The position numbers and the translations under genes are program-made. From Podarcis melisellensis (Eukaryota): a stretch of 64,000 nt of DNA. The DNA is taken from the NCBI GenBank assembly GCA_964234715.1, contig OZ174276.1; one strand, written 5' to 3'. Shown in pieces: positions 10,361 to 21,347 of the stretch (position 1 is the stretch's first letter; every line of letters begins with the position of its first letter). Below the pieces are notes generated by a model. That model did not search any database, had not been told where the DNA came from, and saw only the letters and a list, made by a program, of their open reading frames with translations.

Positions 10361-12213
10361 TGTACAGCAGAGAGGTCAATTGAGCCTTCCATGATACCTT
10401 GGGCCACTCAGTTCACAGCTGAGGAGAGTGTTGTTTCAGCAGCAGTCATCCTCAGAATAAGGCTGCATACACATTCAAAGCCCAAAGAATCCTGGGAACT
10501 TCAGTTTACCCACACCCAGGACTACAGTTCCCAGCACCCTTAACAAACAACTGTTTTCAGGATTCTTTGGGGGAAGAACCATGTGTTTTAGATGTATGGT
10601 GTGTGTGCAGCCTCTGTCTTAAATAGGGGGTGTGGGTGCCTCTCAGTACCTAGCTGTGCCTGCCATGAAATTGTTTAAAGCCAACAATGTGCCAAGTCAC
10701 TCGTGCATTCTCTCCTCATGTGTCCTGGTGCTGCCTTCAACATGGGAGATGTTGTGTATGAGGAATGGAAGGATTTAGTCAGGTTCTGCATCTGACTAAA
10801 TTCTTCCGTTCTCTCAACGGTTCTATCCTTGTAACTTTGCCCTCTAATGTTTTGAACCAGTAATAAGCTGCCACCGGTGCCAGATATTCTTCCCAGGAAG
10901 AATGTTTTTTAATCTAAAGCCTAAACTCTGTTTCACCCACCTGCTTTCATATGGTTCATATAGCTGAATTTCTAGAAATAGGGCATGTCTTTTTCATTCA
11001 AGGAATTTAAAAAGTGACAACCACAGTTCACTGGGCCCTCTTCCCACATGGCGTCACATATAGTAGTATCAGGAAAATGCCCGCTTTCAGATGAGTCATG
11101 ACCTGAATTCTCATTTACCCAATTTACGGTTGGCTATGCACTGACAATACATTGCTTCTGTTTTCTGTTTTCTTTCCTTACCTTCTTTTTGCATCTTAAT
11201 TGTGGGCAATGGAACTCCTTTCCTGCTGAGCTGCAGCTAATGCTGTCTTTATTTTTCAACACCCACCTATGCAATTTAGCTTTCGTAGGAGTCTGATATT
11301 CTCGATATGCAGCTACTTTCTGCTTTTAACTATATCATCTGTAGTTAAATAGTTTGGCTGTGAATTATTCAGGAGGGTGGATCTGTAATTTGCCTTAATG
11401 AAGGAAGGGTTATTTATCACAAAACACAATACTACCTAACACAACATTGTTTTTGAGGTGCAGAATTTCTCTCTCTTGTGATTACATGGATATATAATAA
11501 TCTCTTTTAAGGTTTCTAATATAATGCAACATGTTTTGACATGCAGCATGTTTTGACATGACATGATCCACACTTTATATTCAGGGGAAATGAGGCCCAA
11601 CAGAAGAAGCAAAAAATTGTACATGCCTGCTAGCCCTCTTTCAGTACTGATGACACAAACCTTGTCAAGTTACTGGCTTTAAGTCTTCCCTTATTTGCTT
11701 GTGAGCATTAGCGACTTATTAGAAATAAGGGGGAGGGGGGAATACCAAAGCTTTCATCTCTAACATAAGCTGAACTTTATCCTGGAAATTAGTACAGTAT
11801 TTCAGTGGTTTACAAACAAAAGTCTTCTACAAACTTATTTGGCAATCTAACCTTTCTGCCTCTTTTATAATAAATCACTTTAGTAAACAGAGCACTAGTC
11901 CATCACCTTTTCCACCAGATGGAGCTTCTATTGGTTTCCAAGGTGCAGCTAAATACATTCTGGCTGAAGTCAACCAGCGGGTAACTAACTCAAAATCTTC
12001 TAAAATTATCTTTATTGCCTTTTCCTCTCTGCCTTCCTCTGAGGAGCTCAAACTAGTGCACATAGCTCTCCCTTTTCAATTATAACTTCAACACCATCCT
12101 GTAAGGTAGCTATGGATGGGCAGTCTTCAGGCTCCCATGATCTACATATTGTTTTAATAAACCCCTGAAGGCTGCCAACTGGATCCAGGTGTCAGAGAGA
12201 GAAAATAGTAGGT

Positions 12214-12306
12214 AAGGGTGTGACCCAAATAACCTACTGTACTGCATGCCATAATAGCCAAAGGGTGTGACCCAAATACCTACTGTACTGCATGCCATAA
12301 TAGCCA
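12214..12306. repeat. Tandem duplication of 47/46 bp
   Basis: aagggtgtgacccaaata(a)cctactgtactgcatgccataatagcca twice. Confidence 0.9.
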
Positions 12307-13602
12307 CACACTGGGTCAATACTGGGATGGATCAGGGCAGGACTGTGGAGAGGTTGGGACTGCACAATTGCATCAGTGGAGGCAATCACAGATTTGCATG
12401 GTCCAGGTCTAACCTGCTCTCCATTTCCACTGCACTACTCTGGCTCTCCATCATATGTTATCTTCCTTCCAGGGGCTTTCCAGGTGGTTGTTCTGCTGCA
12501 TGAAGAACTGTCAGTTGTAACTTAAATGCTGCGCGTAAAATCAGCATTTCCCCCGAAGTATCAGCCAATATCATCTCACTGGAAAAAGAAAAGCAATTCT
12601 GTTACCCAAATGCCACATGAAAACTACCATATCTAGCTGTGGTTTTGTGAGTATCACAGCCGTTCAGTGGCTAGTTTCCATGACATAGTGAATGACCGGA
12701 ATATGATTCTTTCCACCACTAAGGCCTGGCATTTGGGAAATGTTTAAGAAACAATGTCATGTCTTAAAATCTGTTTCTGCCATTGTTTTAACAGGCTGAG
12801 TGTACCATCCAACGGGAAGGAATCATCTGCATGGGGGAAGACATGACTGGTAGGCATGTATAGTAAAGTTATAGCAGAAATGTGTTGCTTGCATTACCAT
12901 AAATAAGTCAAGTCTGTGAGAAAAGGTGCAAAATAATGCTGTGTAGCCACTGGTGTGTGTGGAAGATGATGGGAAACATCAGCTCTCTTCCACAGCATTG
13001 CCATGCAACATAATAAATAAATAAATTGGTTTTGTTTTTGTTTTTAATTTATGTGCTGTTCGCTTCCTACCTCAAGCCATGGAACGTTCATTTACCTAGG
13101 TTAATTTTAAAAAGACAGGGCAAAGCATAATCTCTCAAGCACTTTTGTCTCTCCTTCCACTGTAAAATGCTTGCAAATGAAACTGTCCTTTCTCATGACA
13201 ATCTGTTGGAAGGACAAGAGATTCAGTCTGGCTTCTCTCGCTTTGGACAAACTTCACTCAGGGTCAAACTGGACCCCATTATATGTATATTTGTATTTAA
13301 CATGCAGCCTTTTCAAAGAATTTTGCATTTCAAAGAAAACGCAAATAACATCAGCTACTGAAGGCAATAATTATCAAAACTATGGCAGGAGACTGTCTCT
13401 CTCTGTGTGTGTGTGATTTAATTATTTTCTCCTCATCAGCTTCCCAGAGGAAAATTCTTCATCCCAAGCCATTCCTCCCTTACACTGGGAGGAAATCCCC
13501 ATGAGCAACAATGGGGAATTTCCTCTTGATGCAAATACCAGCTTCAGAGGGGATTTTCCTCAGGGTTGCAGCAGGAGAGGAAATGGTTAAATCTCTCTCT
13601 CT

Positions 13603-13607
13603 CTGTG

Positions 13608-13642
<35 letters not shown>
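13603..13642. repeat. (GT)n microsatellite
   Basis: Seen directly. Others at about 2680-2701, 20450-20487, 39848-39868, 43222-43285, plus (AAAC)n 28332-28369 and (CTG)n 61001-61024. Confidence 0.9.
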
Positions 13643-14713
13643 GAACACCCCACATTAACTAGGTGTTTAACATCATGTCCAGTTCAGCTTTCAGAAGCCG
13701 CTAGAAAGACCAGTGTTTTATTGGACTGGAAAAGGAGGGGAAGCTCATCTTGTAGATACCTATACCTTCCTTATATCTATTTAATCACAGATTAAGCATC
13801 CAATCTCCTGTTGGGAGATAGCACTTTCATGACTCTGGGTCTGGATAGAACAATGTGAACACAACGAGTGGCCTTAGCAGAGGTACCAAACAAAGTCCAG
13901 GTTTGATTTGTGCCAATCCCCACCAGGGCTTGATGCCAGAATATATGGGAAAGTGTCCCTGACAAATGCTTAAGTACCATTTCCATCATTGCTGAGCAGC
14001 TCCACAACCCTTATTGCTCTTTTGCTAGCAATAAAACACTAATACAGTTGACTGCTTCATCATGTCATCCTCTCAAAAAGCTGCTCCCATAATCACCTAT
14101 GCAATTGGTTCATCTCCATATATGTGCAAACAGCTTCTCTAATGCACAGATTCTGGCAACTAACAAGAAAAACATCCTGTCAACATAGCATGGAAAGTAC
14201 CTGTAAGATGAGTGACTGACCTGCAAAATAGATGGCATAATTGACTGGCATTTGGAATTCACTCTGTCGTTAAGGAAGTCAATAGTACTCTTTCATGCTG
14301 GAGTTACATGATTGTTAAGAATGGCATGACCTCTAAAAGAGTCCTCAGGAATAAGTCTAATGAAGTATTCTGTTTACTTTGGCATACCTCACAGAAACCG
14401 CTGGCTGGTTTACTACAACTGTATAAGCTGTATAGGACCAATGACAGTGTTTGGTATGGTTCATTACTGTCTCCTTTTCTTCTGAGTTTGCAATGTTCCT
14501 CACAAGATCTGTTTCCTGACTGGCTATGTTGGCACATGCATGGACCTCATACTGCACCTCGAGAACCGCGTGTCCTGTTCCTGTACCACAGACACTGTAT
14601 GTGTTCGAGATATGTTGCAAATCAGACGTTCACTTCCAGTCCCTGTCTGAAATATGCCACTATTAATGGTGTGACTCTTGTTAATGGAGTGACAGATGTG
14701 TGTTAGCTACAGG

Positions 14714-15085
14714 GAAAAGGTAAAGGACCCTTGGATGATTAAATCCAGTCAAAGGCGACTATGGGGTTGTTGCGCTCATCTTGCTTTTTCAGGCCGAGGG
14801 AGCCGGCGTTTGTCCACAGACAGCTTTCCAGGTCATGTGGCCAGCATGCCTAAACCACTTCTGGCACAACAGGACACCATGCCAGAAGTCAGAGTGCATG
14901 GAAATGCTGTTTACATTCCCACCGCAGCAGTACCTATTTATCTACTTGCACTGGTGTGCTTTCAAACTGCTAGGTTGGCAGAAGCTGGGTCAAAGCAATG
15001 GGAGCTCACCCCGCCACATGGATTCAAACTGCCAACCTTCCAATAGGCAAGCTTAAGAGGCTAAGTGGTTTATCCACAGTGCCAT
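14714..15085 (-). mobile_element. Sauria SINE
   Basis: aaaggtaaagg tail and conserved core as at 5713. Confidence 0.85.
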
Positions 15086-15092
15086 GTTCTCC

Positions 15093-15844
15093 TGTAGAGC
15101 TCAACCCTGCCATGACTCCACCTAACCTGAGCCAGAGAGCAAGAGATAAAGTACCACTCTCTACTTCAGGGGCCTCAGGCAAAAGAAACCAAGTTACCAA
15201 AGGAAACTAAGTAACAGATGTGATCAAAGAAGTCCAGACACTAGTTTATAACCAAGGCTTAACCCAAGAGACACACCAAAATGAAGAGGTAGATTTTTAT
15301 TAATAATGGTTAAAATAACAGTAAACCATGAAACCTGTTTACCACATAGGAGAAATAGGAAAGGGAAATACTTTTCTGTTAAGGAATATAGGACCATTTG
15401 GGGAATCACAAAACATTACAAAAACAACCAAGCAAAGCTAATCTAACCAATGAATTCATGTCCCCACGAAGATGCAACACAGGTGCCAGTCTGGAAGATA
15501 AAGACCAAGTTTAAACATCACACACAGAACATATAGGTAACTTATACCCTTTTGCGTAGTAACCAGTCTGAATCTTCCCATCAATGAGTAGATATCTAGG
15601 CTGGAACTTTCCAGAACAGAGAGTCCAGAGTGTACATGTAACTCTGCAGCTCTTGAATGCTTCCCAATTAGAGAATTTGCCATCTTTGGTCTTGAAGCCC
15701 TGATGCAGACAAGATAACACAGATGCAATTAATGAGCATGCTATCAACTAGCAGAGAGAAAAACTGCTTTCTCACAAGCTCACCTCTTTACCCAGAAGTC
15801 TGAGCTCCTGACAGTACCAACATTTGAGAACAGAACCTAATACA
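15093..15844 (-). mobile_element. Possible solo LTR
   Basis: TGTA...TACA termini and an antisense AATAAA near 15296. No TSD recognised. Confidence 0.3.
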
Positions 15845-17693
15845 AGATTTAATTCAGTTTTGTGTAGTGTGAATATGTATGTGAATGATTCTGGTGGTTG
15901 CGTTATGTGGTTTTTTTGTAATATTTATGGTTTTTATGCTATATTGTAATTATGTTGCGTTTTGATGTATCTTGATAAGCTTTAGTGCTTTGTATATGAT
16001 TTGTAATTATGTTACTTAAAATGTGGATATATGAGGAGCATTATTTTTGGTTTTGAATGTGAAATTTGTACTGTGTTTTCTTAAATGGAATTGTTTTTGT
16101 TGAGATCTGTAAAAGTATGAAGCAGTATATCAATTAAATAAACAAATTCATCTTGTCATGAAGCCACTCACAAGCAGGTCAGTGCATTTGTGAAATGCTA
16201 TGCTGCTGCCCCCCTCCAATAAAAAAAAACCCACCCAAATGCTTGACAACTTTGCAGCAAACAAAAATATTGGAAAAGTAGGATAAAGCATTTATTCCCA
16301 GGGCAGCTGACATGCAACAGTAAGAATAAAAAGAAGCAGTGCCATAAAAATGGCAGGACAAAAACTATAGCAGGAAGAAAAAAATTCCACTAAAATTCTG
16401 GGAGAAATAAACACCTTCTCATTTGGTGATGAGAAGACAGAGTAAGCATCATTTAAATAATAAATTAACAACAACATCTCACACTTTCACCCATACTCAG
16501 TAGCCCCAGAATGAAAAAGTTCTGTATCCTATTCAAAGCGGAAGACACACCCTAATCCTCTTCATCTATGATTTATTCTATAGGTAAAGGCATAGGAAAA
16601 TCACACAGAGCCAGGCTGAAGGTTGACAGCCCCAGTGGTCATATATGACGTATAGGCAGGTCCTTCTGAGAGGAAAGCATTAGTGGACTAGATATATAGC
16701 CCAGTGGCTCAACAGTGTATTTGCAGCTTTTCTTGGCAAACACTCTGACTCATTTCCTCTGCAGGTCATCCGAAACCTGTACTAAATCTAGCCCAAAGAA
16801 GGGTTCTAGTGAATTCTAAAGCTTGTTACTATACTTGGTTTGCTTTGGTTTAATTATCGTCTATAGATAAAGTCAAATGACACGCCAAAAATAAACTAGC
16901 TTAACAGTCCATATAGATATTAATTCCTCCCGGTAGGCAGCAGCAACACACCTGCCAGGAGGTCAGGTAAGCCCCAGCCTGTCATCTGCTGCTGCCCATA
17001 GTTAAGCAAACGAATTCATTCCCACAAGATGTAGCAGAAAACTTCTTTTGGTGGGCTATGATTTTAAATTTTTACATCCCCCCTCCCTTGGGAAAGGAGC
17101 TGAAAGTATTAAGAAGAACAAAAAGAGAGATTTATAAATGCACAGTGTGATTTCTCAGTTTTATGGCTGTGCACAGCAACCCTCTCAATCCAGGGCTCTG
17201 ACCTGAATTAGAGACCCCAAATCAATTAAATGGTGGGGCTAATATTTAATGAGGGTTTTTTTAAAAAAACCCTTTATGATGCAGAGGTGGGGGGGAGGTG
17301 ACACTGCCCCTTTCCTTCTCCTCCCATCCATACTGCAGAGAGCAACAGGATTCAGTCCCTGCGGGAAACATGTTGGCAAAATAGATCCCTGTAGCCAGCA
17401 GGACTGCACTCTTGGTGTGCAATTCTCAGCTGCTGTGTCAGGCCTGCTGGGCCTCCCTCTCATTTCTTTATACCCAGTGTGTGTCCCAGCTTGGTGTGGT
17501 TTGGGGCCCTGCTGTCTTTTCCACCACCAGCAAACATTTCTGAGCAGGGACCAAAACCTGCTTCTCTGTCTCAATAACCCTCATGCCAAATTGGGCAACC
17601 TTATATCTTCAGAGGAATCCATATTGGTGCAGCATGGAATCATCATGTCAAAACGGTCAACATCACCCCAAATTGGGTGGCGACATCTTCAGA

Positions 17694-18127
17694 GGCATCC
17701 AAATTTGTGCAGTTTGGAATGGTTCAGCCTGCCATCTTTATTAAAAATGGTTTCCTGCTGTTTCCAAATGTAGACTAAAACATGTTCCTTGGTCTTGGAA
17801 ACCATCGTGCCAAATTGGAATGATGGTATCTTCACATGGAGGTAAAGTTTGGTACCCAGAATGAAGTATTTGATGAAGGTCAGGGAAGCTGGGGCATGCC
17901 AAGATAATGGAAAAAATAGTCATATAAGTCAGAGATTAGGGTGGGTGATGATTAAGCTGGATTTCTTATTGATTACACAGTAATGTACTGAAACTATAGA
18001 TATGGCTTATATGTATCAACATGTTCTTAATACTTGGTCATGTATTAGGCATTGGTTACTCAGCCGCCCTTTATTTTTAATAAAGATGGCAGGCTGAACC
18101 ATTCCAAACTGCACAAATTTGGATGCC
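17694..18127. repeat. Perfect 55-bp inverted repeat (17694-17748 / 18073-18127)
   Basis: ggcatccaaatttgtgcagtttggaatggttcagcctgccatctttattaaaaat and its exact reverse complement. Confidence 0.92.
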
Positions 18128-18162
18128 CCAGTCTTGGCTGGGGAGGGCGGGGTATAAATAAA

Positions 18163-18195
<33 letters not shown>

Positions 18196-19094
18196 TTCTT
18201 TTATCTATGAAGATAATAAAACAAAATATAACTTTTTTTAAAGGGGTTGCAGCTTTTTGAAATACTACAAAAACCCTGCAAACTGTGTCCCACCACAGGC
18301 CACAGTAGGAGAAATAAATAAAATAGCACGTACCCAAAAGCAATCATAGTTTTATTATGTCACCTTCAGATCCCTGAAAGATCATCTTTGAACACACTCA
18401 TGCAGCCAAAGGGTGACCTCTAGAGGCGACGTGTCTACCAGGAAAAGGAATCTGAGACAGACAAGGAGACATTATTTTCTCAAAAAGCAAAAGAATGTGT
18501 GTTGGTCTATTAAAAACATTTCGTAATTCTTTTCTGGGTGGCTCAGTGGCTGTCTAACTACCGGGCCTCACTCAAAGGTGTGCATCATACTGTTTGGGGA
18601 GATGATTGCATTTTTATAGTATATATTGTTGTTGTTTTATTATTTCTTGTGTTTTACATTGTTGTGACCTGATGAGATCATGTATGATGAGAAACATGAT
18701 GTAAATTCTAGGAATAAATAAATGGGTTAGTGAATAATTATTAGCCTTTGAAAAGCTGCTTCAGACTGCAATCCTACAGCACACTTACCTGGGAATAAGC
18801 CTCATTTAACTCTTTAAGGATTACCTCTTGAATAGATGTGTATAGGATTGCTCTGCCAGTAATGTTTTAACACTTGTCTTTTGCATACGTGTGTGTAACC
18901 TATGGTTAAAATGATTAAACGACTGAAAGTAAATAAATTATATATCTTTATCACTAAGATTTTTATCCTGGTTGTCAATGAAATAATAAGGTTGGCTGAT
19001 TCAGCTGTTCTCATCAGGGAAAAATCCCGTCCTACTTGTTATAAATTATTTGGACACTTCCAGGCTTAGATTCAACAGAACCATCAATATATGG

Positions 19095-19230
19095 CAGGCA
19101 TAGGCAAATTCGGCCCTCCAGATGTTTTGGGACAACAACTCCCATGATCCCTAGCTAACAGGACCAGCGGTCAGGGATGGTGGGAACTGTAGTCCTAAAA
19201 CATCTGTAGGGCCGAGTTTGCCTATGCCTG
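19095..19230. mobile_element. Palindromic hAT-type MITE
   Basis: CAGGCATAGGCAAA...TTTGCCTATGCCTG fold-back. Degenerate relatives near 34940-35040, 35566-35692, 56250-56350. Confidence 0.8.
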
Positions 19231-19233
19231 ATA

Positions 19234-19459
19234 CACTGATACCTTGGGTTAAGTACTTAATTCGTTCCGGAGGTCCGTTCTTAACCTGAAACTGTTCTTA
19301 ACCTGAAGCACCACTTTAGCTAACGGGGCCTCCTGCTGCTGGCGCGCTGCCGGAGCATGCTTTCTGTTCTCATCCTGAAGCAAAGTTCTTAACCCGAGGT
19401 ACTATTTCTGGGTTAGCAGAGTCTGTAACCTGAAGCGTATGTAACCTGATGTACCACTG
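19234..19459. mobile_element. Tc1/mariner MITE, copy 2
   Basis: Same family as 1752. TA-flanked, inserted 3 bp from the hAT MITE end. Confidence 0.85.
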
Positions 19460-20447
19460 TATTCATATTTTAGCTCTCAGTCCAAATAGCAAAGACTCCT
19501 ATAGACTTCAGATGAAATTGCATTACTGGTTTCAAACAGAAGATGTCACTTTCTTCAAATGCGTGGAACAAGGAAAATCAACTTCCTGCAAATCAAGCAA
19601 AATGTAATTCTTTGGTCAATTTCCAATTTGACCCTTTGACGTTTTGCCCTGTGGAGCTTGAAATTGTGACCAGCTATATCTGCAGGGAATTATTGCTTTC
19701 CATACCCAGGCCTCACAGGGGGGGGGGGGAGTTGGCAGGTTTCGAATAAGGAAACAGTATTTGCAACCCTGCACATGTTTACTTAGAAATAAGCTCCATT
19801 GAGTTTAATGAGGTTTGCAGCTTGGTAGGCAAGTCCTCTCCACCACCTTCAACATGGACTTTCCCCTCAGCTCCCACTGTAGGCAGCTGTGCTCTGGTGG
19901 GTCCTGAGCTAGGAACAGAATTACATTTGATGGAAACATCACTATCCATGGTCTTGGTTTTTCTAAAACCTCAATGGCGAACCTCCAGTTTATCATTAAG
20001 TGCTCCCTGGTTCCAAATCCTCATAGACTGCATTTCTTCCTGAATCTGTATTGCTTCAGCAGAAAGAGTTGAGAATCCATCTTGTCATAACATTGCTATA
20101 AATATCCCTGAAAAGAGAACATTCCCAAGTCAACCATTTTCTTATTGGCATTCATAAAAGGAAGAGGTTTATCTGAATCTAGCCTGCAGCACTTAAATTT
20201 GCTATAGTGCTGGTAGTTCACTGTTGCCCAGAGTTCTAATGCTGTAACATAGATATCATGTTCCCAAAGCAAATACCTGCCATTCTACTAAGGGCATCAT
20301 GTTCATTTATTGAACAACAGCAGTGTATATTAAACAGATATAAGCAAAATTCTAAGTGGAGTTCCAAATGTACAAATCAACATCAAAACGCCAAAGCAAT
20401 ATCGTGTGAGCAATACAAAAATTCAGTAGCACAGGAATCAAGGAAAG

Positions 20448-20490
<43 letters not shown>

Positions 20491-21056
20491 CAAAACATCT
20501 GAAGCAAATGATGATGTTTGACCAAACAAAGGGCATCCCAAAGTGTAGAGGTAATAGCAGGAAATGCCTCTTTTTGGATCAGCACCATATGAAATCATGT
20601 AGGATGCTGTGCATGAGTAAATATTTCCCCAATGATCTAAGTGTTCTTGCAGGTCAATAGAGAGATAGAGGGTCCTTCATGTAACCTGTCCCCAAGTTGT
20701 TTAGGGCTTTATATACTAATTATTGAAGATGGTCTGGTAGCTATTTAGTCACCAGTGCAACCAACTAAGGCAACAGAAGTCCTTTGTTTCTCAGCTGCAT
20801 GGTAAGAAGGAACCCTAGGTGGGGGAAGAGTATGTCCTTTGCTTTGGGGCAAAATAATGTTGCTTTTAAGATTGGCACCATCTATCTGGGTGTCTGTCCA
20901 TAATATTATATTCAGCTTGTATATTTGTGGATAGATAATGCAAAAACAATATTGGGCTCTTCTCACAAGGGAACTACAGTAAAGCTACAAACCACTTTAC
21001 CTGGAACTTCCGTACCACTTGAGGAGATAAAGAAGCATGGACCAATACTAAGTTAT

Positions 21057-21347
21057 TGTTATTGTTTAGTTGTTTAGTCATGTCCGACTCTTTGTGACCC
21101 CATGGACCATAGCACGCCAAGCACTTCTGTCTTCCGCTGCTTCCCGCAGTTTGGTCAAACTCATGCTTGGTAGCTTTGAGAACACTGTCCAACCATCTTG
21201 TCCTCTGTTGACCCTCCTCCTTGTGCCCTCCATCTTTCCCAGCATCAGGGTCTTTTCCAGGGAGTCTTCTCTTCTCATGAGGTGGCCAAAGTATCCTTCC
21301 AGTGAGCACTCAGGGCTGATCTCTTTAAGAATGGATAGGTTTGATCT
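21057..21347 (-). mobile_element. BovB (RTE) LINE 3' fragment with 13-bp TSD
   Basis: MRREDSLEKTLMLGKMEG motif. TSD AATACTAAGTTAT at 21044-21056 and 21348-21360. Confidence 0.88.

Noticed and set aside
11436-11624. ORF MYNFLLLLLGLISP...ILETLKEII with a CATTTCC-CTG-TATAAA motif, suggesting a second cytokine
   Set aside because: The TATA-like motif lies inside the ORF, there is no in-frame donor before the stop, and no mini-exon 2 follows.
14304-14620. Overlapping ORFs and a GAG|GTATGC donor on the minus strand
   Set aside because: No pyrimidine-rich acceptor, no recognisable homology, no partner exons.
16292-16345. Signal-peptide-like MALLLFILTVACQLPWE
   Set aside because: Stops after 17 codons, with no donor or promoter.
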